From NCBI GenBank assembly GCA_022605425.2, contig CM061248.1, positions 186,001 to 250,000 on the forward strand: a stretch of 64,000 bases of DNA, in the 5' to 3' direction. Source of the DNA: Hamiltosporidium tvaerminnensis FI-OER-3-3. Its lineage: Eukaryota > Fungi > Microsporidia. Position numbers and translations under genes: made by a program. Positions 1-10,490 of the stretch are shown here, piece after piece. Under the pieces are notes generated by a model. That model was given only the letters and a program-made list of their open reading frames with translations, had not been told where the DNA came from and made no database searches. Numbering within the stretch: the stretch's first letter is position 1; each line of letters opens with the position of its first letter.

Positions 1-1520
1 TTGTCAATGGACATATGCACTTTACCTTAAAATCTTTACAACTTTTCTTATAAAACTTTCGTTTTTAAATTAATTGCGGAATATTGCATTTTTTTCAAAT
101 CTTCTCATCCTATCATCTTATTTCATCACAAGAAAAGGAAAATTTTATTTTAAGATTTATATTTTAAAGCTATATTGGATTCACGGGTCATCATTTTGAT
201 AAAATACGTTGTATGACTTAATAAATCTTAGTATTTAATTTTAGTATAAATATTTGAAGTCCGATTTTTTTGAGATTTGTTGGAATTTACTTAGATTACG
301 TTGAGGAAAACAATATTATTTAAAGTAAACATGAGTATTTAATTTTGTAACTTAATTAATTTCATAAATATGTATTTATTTTTTAAACTTCACTTGAATT
401 TTTTTTTATAAAAAATTTTAAAATTTAATATTTTGCTTATTAGCTGGGTATTTAAAGATATTTAAATTCTGATTCGTGATAAATATCATAAAATATTAAT
501 TTAATAGGTTTTTCAAATGAGTAAAGATTTTTTTAATTTTAAAAGTGTGTTTTTAAAATTTAGACTGCTTATATGACACAGATTTAAATAAAAAAAATTA
601 AATTTAGAATATTAGAAATCTGTATTCTTAATCTCTATAGCCTCCATGAAATTATAAAGATTATTTGGTAAAAAATATATTTCATTTTGTACTTGGAAGA
701 TAATTAATATTTTTTTAAGTCAAAGATGTAAAAAAAATGCTCTAATATTTTTTAAGGTAAAACATTGCCGTGTTTTACATTTATGGCATATTAATTCCAT
801 TAAATAATAGTTTGAACAACAAATATTAAAGATAAAAAATTACTATATTCATAAAAAAATTCAACTACGTCGTGTCAAGGTAGATTTGGAATACAAAGAT
901 GAAACCGATTAATTATAATTTTTATAATATACTATCTTACTCATTCCGGTTTATTTTGTATCTCTCGGTGCTGATGATATTCTTATACTAAAGAAATCTT
1001 TATTAAAATTTTAATTCTGAGATTTCATGATTTATTTGATATTTATCTTATAAATGATTCTTTTTTCGATTTAATTCAATACTAAAGATATTACAGTTCT
1101 TTAAATAATTTTATGTACGTTTTCTCCTTCATATTTTGTTTTTTGGTTTATTTTATATTTATTTTAATGTTTTAATTCGGATCTGTCTTTAAAATATTAT
1201 CGAATCCACCTCTTCTTCTATTTTTGTCTATTTTCCATTACTTTTTCTTCATCTCAATATATTTAATTACTTTATTTATGTAAATTTCAATCGGTTGCTT
1301 TTTTTGTAACGAATCAGAGAAATATTTATCCTAAAATTCTTTATTCTCGTATTTTATTTTTGAAATTAAATATTAAATTTATAAGCAAAATTACAAATCT
1401 ATATTCTAAAGAAAATAAAAATTCCAACCGCTTATATAATAGCCATTGGTTACAATTAAAATGAATACAAATTTAAATTCTAATTCCTATCCCGATTATA
1501 AGTTAAGTAGTAGCCAATAG

Positions 1521-1826
1521 TTTCAATCAACCTCAACAAAATCTATATTCTAAAGAAAATAAAATTTCTAAGCTTTTTTTAAAATTAATAGTACTTTCAA
1601 TCAACCTCAACACAATCTATATTCTAAAGAAAATAAAATTTCTAAGCTTTTTTTAAAATTAATAGTACTTTCAATCAACCTCAACACAATCTATATTCTA
1701 AAGAAAATAAAATTTCTAAGCTTTTTTTAAAATTAATATTACTTTCAATCAACCTCAACACAATCTATATTCTAAAGAAAATAAAATTTCTAAGCTTTTT
1801 TTAAAATAAATATTACTTTCAATCAA
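1521..1826. repeat. Tandem repeat, 74-bp unit, ~4 copies
   Basis: TTTCAATCAACCTCAAC... recurs at 1521, 1595, 1669, 1743 and partially ~1817; directly upstream of the 1887 ORF. Confidence 0.9.
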
Positions 1827-1886
1827 TTCAAACCTCTGCTATTTGAGTCGTAAATATAGTTTTATTCAATTACACTTACATAACCC

Positions 1887-2459
1887 ATGATATTATACAA
1901 GAAAGATTATAACGATTTAGTTGTTAAAAATATAAAAAACAGTAATTTTATTTCATCTGAACAAATAAAAAATGTAATTATAAAGATTTTTATAAATGAT
2001 GGCGAAAAAATATATTCAATAGAAACAGAAAATAAATGTTCTTGTTATATTTGTAGTGATACTGAGAATAAAATATACACTTTGGATTTATCAAAATCCT
2101 TCTTTGATTTCCTTGTACCAATAAAAATATTAACTGTTAAATTTGTATATCATGATGCTTTTGTTAAACGAAATGCTGGCGATATCGTATCTATTTTACC
2201 TGATAGTTGTAAATGTGAGGATTTAAAAAATTTACGGGTAAAATTTCTTATAGATGATACGTTAGATTTATCACATTATATTGGTATATTAAAACATGAT
2301 ATGGAAAATATAGGCATATTGGTATATTCAGAGTCATTGGGATTTTATTCATATTTTAAAGATATAATGAAGGAAATCCCTATTGAGTGTGAATTTACAA
2401 AGGAAAATTACTTTGAATATGATTTATTTAATGTATTATTTTCTGCTAAGCTTATTTAA
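1887..2459 (+). CDS. Hypothetical protein, 190 aa
   Basis: Long ORF in very AT-rich DNA; CCC immediately before ATG (taacccATG); AATAAA-like signals after the stop; no recognisable domain. Confidence 0.7.
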   Translation: MILYKKDYNDLVVKNIKNSNFISSEQIKNVIIKIFINDGEKIYSIETENKCSCYICSDTENKIYTLDLSKSFFDFLVPIKILTVKFVYHDAFVKRNAGDIVSILPDSCKCEDLKNLRVKFLIDDTLDLSHYIGILKHDMENIGILVYSESLGFYSYFKDIMKEIPIECEFTKENYFEYDLFNVLFSAKLI

Positions 2460-2747
2460 TAAAATAATTTATATTAAATAAATTATCTTCTAAATTATCA
2501 AGTTTATGGTATTTTTTTGTTACTTTACTTATATTTTTGTATTAATTTTTAATCCCCCTCATTAATTGAAGCTGGAGTGTTTAGTTCTTAAATTTATTTT
2601 TCAATATAAAGTTGAAGATGTATTTCTTAAAAATGATATTTAGAAAAATAAATTGGTTGTATAAATTCTGCTTTTTTATTAATATTAAGATTCTGTTCTA
2701 TTAACTATAATCTTAATTTGTTATATTCTAATATAATTTTTCACAGA

Positions 2748-3045
2748 AAGACAGTCAAAACAATTTCCTTTGATCGATGAAGATGACTTGAGTCAGGACT
2801 AAATACAGAAGAGAATTGGTAAAGAGCACCAATAAGCTTTATACAAGAGTCGAAATACACGAAGAAACAAACCTTATTAAAAACCAGTTAGTAACAAGCA
2901 GGATGGTTTTTAACAGGCGTAAACCAAAAACACTAAACTCACTTTTAGTGGTTTAACCACACTAGATGAACCAAAATAAATATAAACGAAGATTCGGATT
3001 TGAAGAAGAAAATTAACTATCAAAGAGGCAGAACAAAATATATAA
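2748..3045 (+). mobile_element. Degenerate 3' fragment of the R4-like LINE
   Basis: gacagtcaaaacaatttcctttgatcgatgaagatgacttgagtcaggactaaat aligns by eye with ~42570-42870 of the LINE. Confidence 0.75.
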
Positions 3046-4070
3046 GAAGAATTAAAATATTGCTAATCTAAAACTTAATTATATAATAATATATTAAAGG
3101 AAATTTTTTTATGATATTTTGAGAAATATTGATTAGATATACGCCTTAAAACACAGGTAATATCTTCATATTTTGTATTTCTATATATAACCATCAATAT
3201 TTCTTATAAATTAAACTTATGTTTCGGTTTTTTACTCTTTAAAATAAAAAAATATAATTCAAGAACAAAAATAGTTTGTTTGTTATTTTTTTCATAATAT
3301 TATGAAAACAAGTCTGACAAAATAAACACTATTATTCTCTGTAAGTTTGTAAAATTCTTTATTTGATCCAAACATTTTGAGTAAATATTCTTATTATATT
3401 TAATATATCATAAAAGTTACATATAGTCGTTTGTCTTATCACTATCTCAGTCTTTTATCGTAATATACTATTGCTTTTAAATTTATAATACATATGAATC
3501 AAAGCAAGTCGGGCTTAATTATTTTTCTAATAATATCATTTTCTGGCAATTATTTAATTTTATAGCAATTTATAATAACTGATACCTCAAATATTTTTTT
3601 AAATACAACAAATTTTAAATGTAAATTCTTTTATATGTACATCTTATAAAATACATAGAAGATCAGAAATTAAATAGATATTCATTTTATAAAACGTTGG
3701 TACACCATAAATATTGAACATTTAAATTTAATTATTTTTTCTTATGATTACAAACGTGACAAAAAACTTTAAAAAATATTAAAAATATTAAAAACATAAA
3801 AAATATTAAAAACATAAAAAATATTGAATAGACTGTAGTATCGGAATTATAATACTTGCAAATTTTTTGTAAATAAAATTTGATGGAAAAAAGAACAAAA
3901 GAGGATAATTTATTAAGTAAAATGAATTTTAAAGAAATAATCCTTTACTTGGCTTATGGTGAATTAATAAAGAAATTGGCAAGTCTACTTTTCTTAAAAT
4001 GTGTAAAAAAAAATTTTTCTTGTCTTTTGCTATAAAGAAATGCTAAATCATTCCTCATATCCAAAAACAA

Positions 4071-4188
4071 AACTACGGCACCAGAGGTTCCCAAGCGGTC
4101 GCCCTACTTAGTACTACCCTGGCTCTCGGAGGCTTAACTTCGGAGATCTGACGAGTTCCGGTGCTTTACTCTGGATATGGCCGTAGCT
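4071..4188 (-). rRNA. 5S rRNA
   Basis: Reverse complement AGCTACGGCCATATCC...GATCTCCGAAGTTAAGC...GTAGTACTAAGTAGGGCGACC...GGTGCCGTAGTT; 118 nt, paired termini, followed by a T-tract Pol III terminator. Confidence 0.95.
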
Positions 4189-4765
4189 GAAAGCAGTAAA
4201 AACTTAGGTATTTATAATGTATTATAAAGATCTATTATGTCATATTCATGTTTTATTATAGTTTTATTTCATAGTTTAATAAATAAATTTTATTCCTACT
4301 AAGGTTTTTATAGTTATTCCTTATTTTATTTTTTTATTTTAAATGAATTTTTGTTCTCTGAAATAATTCATTATTTATTGTTCAGAATGTAAAAAAGATG
4401 TATTTCAATTCATTCATTGATAAAGCTTGGACATATTTTCTTGTGAAACATAATATTTTTAAAAAAATGAATAATTTGCTTTTAACAGAATTTTTTTTTA
4501 CGAGACAAACAAAAGAATATTTTATTATTCTTTATCTAGTGTTGGCTTGAAGAGTTACTACTAATATTTCCTTTTAATTTTTTTTTATTTATAAGAGATT
4601 ATTTCAACACCACAGCTATAAATAAGAAAATAAACGAGACTTTATTTTCTAATTTATATTTTATAAATGTTTTTAAATTTTCAAGTATTTTAAGCAATTG
4701 TAAAATTATTTCATTTTATGAATTTAATTCTTAATTTCATTGAAATATTCATTTTATAAAAATAA

Positions 4766-4845
4766 CGAACCGACATAAACTTAAATGAAGAGTCGGATTT
4801 AGAAGAAGAGAAAAAAGTGGTTAAAGAGATAGAAGAAAATATAAA
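4766..4845 (+). mobile_element. Short 3'-terminal relic of the R4-like LINE
   Basis: aaatgaagagtcggatttagaagaagag...gtggttaaagagatagaagaaaatata matches 42807-42870. Confidence 0.7.
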
Positions 4846-4982
4846 AAAAAGGTAATTTTGATTTGTTTTAAGACGTTTTAAAAAAATATAATTTATTGTC
4901 ACATCTTCACATATTTTGAAGATATAATTAGTTATTAGATAAATGGTCAGCTAAAAACAATATTTTAACCTTAAATGATTAA

Positions 4983-5095
4983 TAGATATTTAGATATTTA
5001 GATATTTGGATATTTAGTTATTTAGATATTTAGATATTTAGATATTTAGATATTTAGATATTTAGATATTTAGTTATTTAGATATTTAGTTATTT
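4983..5095. repeat. (TAGATATT)n 8-bp microsatellite, ~14 units
   Basis: Directly visible, with TAGTTATT/TGGATATT variants. Confidence 0.9.
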
Positions 5096-5560
5096 GGTTA
5101 AATATTTTAATTCTTCGAAAGTATACTTTTATTACTGTTTGTTTTAAGAATTTCTTAAGCAGAAAAATTGTGAATTTTTTTAATTTTTTTTTGGTATTTT
5201 TATCAGCAAGAATTTTACATTTTATTGCTTAGAAATTACTTTAATAAAATTACCATCTACACACAATATTTAATCAAATTTAATCTTTCAATAATATTTT
5301 TTAACTATATAACTTTATTTTTAACTATAATACAACCACTCTTTTTCTTTAAGTTCAATTATTACTCAATTCCTTTTTTTTTTATTGAAATATAATATTT
5401 TTCTAGAAAAGATATTTGAGAAAAAAATATTTTTTTATTTAAAAGTATGTTAAATTGGATGTCGTTTTCTATTTTTATTCCACTTTTTTAAATTTAAAGA
5501 AAATTAAATTTTATTAAAGAATATATGAAGGTTTATAAATATTCAATGGAATAATAAAAA

Positions 5561-5878
5561 TTATTCTTTCCATGTCTCTTTACATTTAACACACGTATAA
5601 AATATTGTCATCGGTTCATCTGCACTACGTGTCTGCATTTCTATAAAATACGCAGAATTTGAATCGCATTTATTACATTTCTTTTCACATGTAGCTGCAT
5701 TTTTAAAACTTTCATTTTCATCATAAACATCATCAATCACTTTTGTTTTGTAATTAGTTTTCTTAAAAAATGGTTTTTCTATATTATAACGGTAATCACA
5801 TGTCATACATATCAAAGACAATCTTTCCTGTATTCTTTCTGTCGTTAAAATGTTTTCACAATCTGGACAAAACAACAT
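5561..5878 (-). CDS. RPC11: RNA polymerase III subunit C11 (RPC11/POLR3K)
   Basis: N-terminal MLFCPDCENIL zinc ribbon and C-terminal TFIIS-like QTRSADEPMTIFYTCVKC; 105 aa. Confidence 0.9.
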   Translation of the reverse strand: MLFCPDCENILTTERIQERLSLICMTCDYRYNIEKPFFKKTNYKTKVIDDVYDENESFKNAATCEKKCNKCDSNSAYFIEMQTRSADEPMTIFYTCVKCKETWKE

Positions 5879-6403
5879 GGATTGGTAATTTTTTTTAATA
5901 ATTTTTGTCTGTATTTTATGGTATTTTGGTTACAAAAGTAAAAAAAAATTACATTTTTTAAAATAATGAATTTAAATGAGAAATTCTGATTTATATATTT
6001 ATATAACTGTAAATTAAAGAATCTTTTATATTTTAGATATAGAAAACAAAGTTTTAAGAAACTGAATTATTTTTCAATTCCAAAGAATAGAAAGATAAAA
6101 AAAATGTATATTTAAATTTTTTTGATTAAATAAATATTTTTTACTTCCAAAAATAAAAAAAGATAAAAAGATAAAGTATGAAAATATAAGAAAAAATGTT
6201 TTAAAATAAAAAACTTTAAAAAACAGAAGTGTAAAATATAAAAAAAAAATTTAAATTCAATAAACTATTTCAAATACAAAAAAAATAAATTGTTTAAATA
6301 AAGTTCTTTAAATTTTTTTTATATACAATTTATTTCTGATTAAAATTATTTATTTCAAAGAAATATAAATTACTCTTTAAATTAAACATAAAAATAATAT
6401 TAT

Positions 6404-6660
6404 TACTTATGAAATAAATAATTTTTATGAAAAGAAATTGAGTTTAAAAAACTGTCTAAATCCAAACTTAGGATATCTTTCAATTATTAGTACTTATGAA
6501 ATAAATAATTTTTATGAAAAGAAATTAAGTTTAAAAAACTGTCTAAATCCAAACTTAGGATATCTTTCAATTATTAGTACTTATGAAATAAATAATTTTT
6601 ATGAAAAGAAATTAAGTTTAAAAAACTGTCTAAATCCAAACTTAGGATATCTTTCAATTT
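6404..6660. repeat. 87-bp tandem triplication of the 3' end and stop region of the calcineurin-B-like gene
   Basis: TACTTATGAAATAAATAA... at 6404, 6491 and 6578. Confidence 0.9.
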
Positions 6661-7210
6661 CTCTACTAAAATCAATAACCATAGCTTTATCTAAAGAAGG
6701 ATCTGAAGTATAAAATCTGATAAAATCTTTATAACTAAGATATCCTTTATTACCTCTATCATATAAAGACAATACTCTGTAAACACTTGCTTCTGCTTGT
6801 TCAATACAAATATTACTATTACCGTTCATAAGTGTGTATATGTTTAATAGAACATCTTTACATATTTTTTTGTCTTTGTTTATGTCAAAAGCACTAAAAA
6901 TAAATTTTATTCTTTCTTTTTTATCAGTTTTGTGAGAAAAAAGTTGCATAAAATCTAAAAAATATGCAAAAGTCATATTTTCGTATTGAATGTAATTTTC
7001 AATAGCAGATAATATTAAACCAGAAAGTGGATTAGAATGAAATTCTGGTATTAACATTAACTCATTAAAAGTTATATAATTTTGTTGAGATCTGTTCAAC
7101 ATTCTAAAACGTTGAAATAAAATATTTATTTCTTGTTTGGTAAATACTGTAGTAGCTAACAAATCTTCTATTTCTTCTTCACATAATACTCTTGAATTAA
7201 GAATCCCCAT
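6599..7210 (-). CDS. Calcineurin B / CHP-like EF-hand protein
   Basis: Likely start MGILNS at 7210 (Gly2; CCC upstream); FTKQEINILFQRF, IPEFHSNPL, FIFSAFDINKDKKI, YDRGNKGYLSYKDF. Confidence 0.85.
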   Translation of the reverse strand: MGILNSRVLCEEEIEDLLATTVFTKQEINILFQRFRMLNRSQQNYITFNELMLIPEFHSNPLSGLILSAIENYIQYENMTFAYFLDFMQLFSHKTDKKERIKFIFSAFDINKDKKICKDVLLNIYTLMNGNSNICIEQAEASVYRVLSLYDRGNKGYLSYKDFIRFYTSDPSLDKAMVIDFSREIERYPKFGFRQFFKLNFFS

Positions 7211-7454
7211 CTTTAAAGGGGAGAGAAAATATTTAGATTTTCTCTTTGAAACCAAAAATGTCAGAATTTCATTTCGAATTGGTGTTTTATAGTTTATTAT
7301 CTATTTGAATTTAAACAGTAGAATATAATTTGTATGTAAATTCAAATAAGTTTAAACAAAAATTGTTTTTAAATTTAGAAAAAAATTTATACTCTAGATA
7401 AAGAAATATTTTTTGGAAATTTAATGCTGCATATAAAAATCAAATATTGAGTTA

Positions 7455-7710
7455 TTCATGAAGAAATATCGTAGAGAATTCAATGAAGTTTAGTTATAAA
7501 CCAAAGTACATCAAAAACGGAATTACTCATTAGCAATATCTTAGAGAATTTCAATGAAGGTTAGTTATAAACCAAAGTAAATCAAAAACGGAATTACTCA
7601 TTAGAAATATCTTAAAGAATTTCAATGAAGGTTAGTTATAAATTAAATTACAGCAAAAATGGCGTTATTCATACAGAAATATCTTAGGAAATTGAATATA
7701 GTTTAGTTTC
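7455..7710. repeat. ~71-bp tandem repeat, ~3.5 diverged copies
   Basis: AATATC...GAATTTCAATGAAGGTTAGTTATAAACCAAAG recurs at ~7465, 7535, 7606 and 7678. Confidence 0.8.
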
Positions 7711-7877
7711 GATTTAAATACAAGTTTTAATTAGGATTGTAGTTTATTATTGATATATATATATATAATTGTGGGAAAGTTTTAATTACATGAAAACTTA
7801 TTGCTTTGTAAGGAGTAAGTGATATTGGTGTGAAAATAATTTTTCGGTGTTTTTAGTGGGATTAAATTTATTTAATA

Positions 7878-8092
7878 GCTCACTTCTTCCCTACGGATGG
7901 AACACAATCCAACGATGAATCATAGCCTCGCCAAGTTCTAGGCGTTCCAAAGACAATTTTCTTTTGATTGAATTGATTGTCATCCTCACGCAAACTTTCC
8001 GCACGAAAAATAAAGAGTGCTCCAACCGGGGATACAAACCGGTCCTTCGGAAGTAAATTCGATATCCTCACTACTAGACCATTGGCGACCAG
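7878..8092 (-). mobile_element. tRNA-derived SINE, copy 1
   Basis: Minus-strand head TGGTCTAGTAG (A box) ... GGTTTGTATCCCCGG (degenerate B box); body shared with 47958-48160. Confidence 0.6.
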
Positions 8093-8169
8093 TGTAATTA
8101 AAACGTTTCCATATTTTTATTGAGGCAATGAACATTGATAAAGCGAATAAAATCTATAAAATAACGATA

Positions 8170-8690
8170 TTTTTGTAAAAAATTATTTTGTAGTTTTTTA
8201 TGTAACTAGATTCATAACCAAGATTGAATATTTAGGTAATTACTATGAATAAGCATGAAAACTAGCTCTTCTCAGTCGAGTTACAGACTTGGTGCCTGTA
8301 ATATTTAAAGAAACAGACGTGGAAAAAACTAAAAAAAAAAGCAAAAGATTCTGGGTTTGGGTATAACATTGAAATGTCCAGTTGTATTGCGTAAAAGTTG
8401 CCGAGATATATCTTAAGTGACAATTCTTAAGGTTCAGAAGCGAAAAGTCACTAGAATTCTGTTAGTCCCGGGAACACGATATATATTCAAACTACAGTCA
8501 TATAAAAATAATTTTTCAGCCTCTTCAAGTATTTCTACACACCGTTAATTCACGCTTCAAAATTCGGGTATTTAAGGGATGTCGATAGGGCGTTTTCAAG
8601 TGTTATCTATGTAAATTACAATTGGTTTCAAGCCATAAAAAATTTGATAGTAGCCACTGCTTTTTTAAAAATATATGATATTTTATAAAT
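8170..8690 (+). repeat. Degenerate copy of the ~700 bp structured repeat
   Basis: ttgtagttttttatgtaactaga, aagcatgaaaactagc, agacttggtgcctg are colinear with 9950-10490. Confidence 0.6.
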
Positions 8691-8924
8691 AAAATTCTTT
8701 TTAAAAGCTAATTATGGTTTTTAAAGACGAATAAAAATTACTTTGCTAATTATTACTTTGGTATACACACAAAGAAGAATATTTCTAAAGACAAGTTCAA
8801 GAATGCTAAAATGATTCTAAATAGTTTTAAAAACTCGGAATATTACACTTCAAGGGTTTAAATACATCAAGGTAAGAAAAAACAATAATCTTGATTCCAT
8901 ACACTTATATTTGTTATTATAATT

Positions 8925-9141
8925 ATCTTGACACTAAAGCCCTGCGTGCCTTGGCCGCCCTCAGTAATACCGCCCAACAGTCTTTTTCCATTGGGTTTGT
9001 ATACTTTGGAGTTTCATAACAAGGTGATTTTAAAGGGTAGTCGTTAGCCCTACGCCCAACACGGAGGACCAGTCTCTTCTAGTCGCCTCTTACGACAAGC
9101 AGGGAATATTTAGTCAATAATACGCCCGGCATGGTGGAGAA
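8925..9141 (-). mobile_element. Non-autonomous RTE-derived SINE, copy 1
   Basis: CCTGCTTGTCGTAAGAGGCGACT, GTTGGGCGTAGGGCTAAC and 3' GGCCAAGGCACGCAGGGCTTTAGTG; 4 copies in the window. Confidence 0.75.
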
Positions 9142-9193
9142 AATTTATATTTGTACGAAATATATTTCAATAAATGATTTTAGATTTTCTAAC

Positions 9194-9276
9194 GGTAGCA
9201 TGGCCGAGCGGTTAAGGCGGTGGACTTAAGATCCCCTTCTCGGAAGAGAGCGTGGGTTCGAATCCCACTGCTACCA
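9194..9276 (+). tRNA. tRNA-Leu (anticodon TAA)
   Basis: Cloverleaf GGTAGCA/TGCTACC, D arm GCC..GGC, CT-TAA-GA loop, long variable arm, GTGGG-TTCGAAT-CCCAC; one T:C mismatch in the anticodon stem. Confidence 0.93.
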
Positions 9277-9777
9277 TATTTTTATATTATATAATTTTGA
9301 TCTCAAGATATATTCTTGCTTGCATTAAAGAAAAATTTTTACAATTATTGTCATTTCCATCTCCAAAAAAATATTGTTTGATCCCAAACTCAAAACAATA
9401 CCCAACCGATTTTAGTCCAAATATAATAATCTAATTTTTCTCTTTAGCTCTTTTTCTAGTGGTTTGTTATTTTTATTATTCTAATAATACAATGTCTAAA
9501 ACACTTCAGGAAGATAAATCGTAATGAAAAATAAAAAGAAAGAAACTCAACAATAAACGATAAAAAAGTCGAGAACGCCAGAAAAACCACGGTTTCAAAT
9601 ATTAATCATTCTTATTGTTTTACAAACGATATTTGATTTCGAAATTAAACTTATTTCGAATTTACCGCTTGATTTTCATACGTGTGATATTCTATCAAAA
9701 AAACATGGTCTTATATTTTCATAAATCTATTCGTCAGGTTTTAAACTTCGCTTCTTTTCCTTTTATATTTATTAATA

Positions 9778-10490
9778 TGGAGGGAGAAACACACAATAAA
9801 AACTTTCTGCTTGGCAATGAGTGTGTGAAACTGGTGTGAGGTCATTGTTTGGATTTTATGGTGGGAATACAACCACACTACATCTTCGGTTGTTTCATGG
9901 GAGTTATTATGAGGAGGAGAGGTCTAAGAGATGGAGAAACTTTTTCTACAAATTTATTTGTAGTTTTTTATGTAACCAGATTGCAGACCGCAGCTAAACA
10001 TTTATGTAATTGCCATGTAAAAGCATGGAAACATAGCCTTGCATACTCAGGTTAGAAGACTTAGCGCCTGGGAGATATAAAAATAAAAACCATTTAAATC
10101 CAGGTGAGCTAAGTAACAGGTTATACCTGTTGGTATGACATTGCACTGTCTAGGTGAACCTCATGTAAATCTCTGAAATATATCTTATCTAGAAGTTTAT
10201 TGAGTTTAGACAGTGAAGAGTAAGTGTGAATGCTGCATATACTTGGGGTAGCCCAGGGTGCTTCGACTTCGATCACAGTCCATGCAACGGACATTAACGA
10301 ACCTCGGGCAACTGCCTCGACTATAGATTAGGTTCTATACACCTGGTAGATGAAATGCTTTGGAAAGTAGGTATCGCAGGGGTTACCGATGGAGTGTTGG
10401 GGTAACAGTCATTTATGTTAAACCTAGAACTGCGTTAATGTCATAAAAACAAATATAAAACTTGGCAATGTTTTTAAAAGAGGCAATAAA
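9778..10490 (+). repeat. Unclassified ~700 bp structured interspersed repeat, young copy
   Basis: Closely similar to 21255-21973(-) and 54125-54866(+); GC-richer than background; multiple stems. Confidence 0.9.

Noticed and set aside
1521-1826. CRISPR-like array (also considered for the 30-bp arrays)
   Set aside because: Units are tandem with no unique spacers; eukaryotic context; no cas genes
6438-6713. 91 aa repeat-containing ORF
   Set aside because: Antisense translation of the 87-bp tandem repeat
7211-7255. Extended N-terminus of the calcineurin-B-like ORF
   Set aside because: Non-ATG start; MG at 7210 with an upstream CCC motif fits the family
9849-10055. Short ORF also seen at 54194-54406
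   Set aside because: TTG start, inside the structured repeat, no protein motif; conservation is explained by repeat identity
9778-10490. Solo LTR, Helitron or telomerase RNA interpretation of the structured repeat
   Set aside because: Homology extends past the candidate CA end with no TSD; no CTRR terminus; no conserved CCCTAA template
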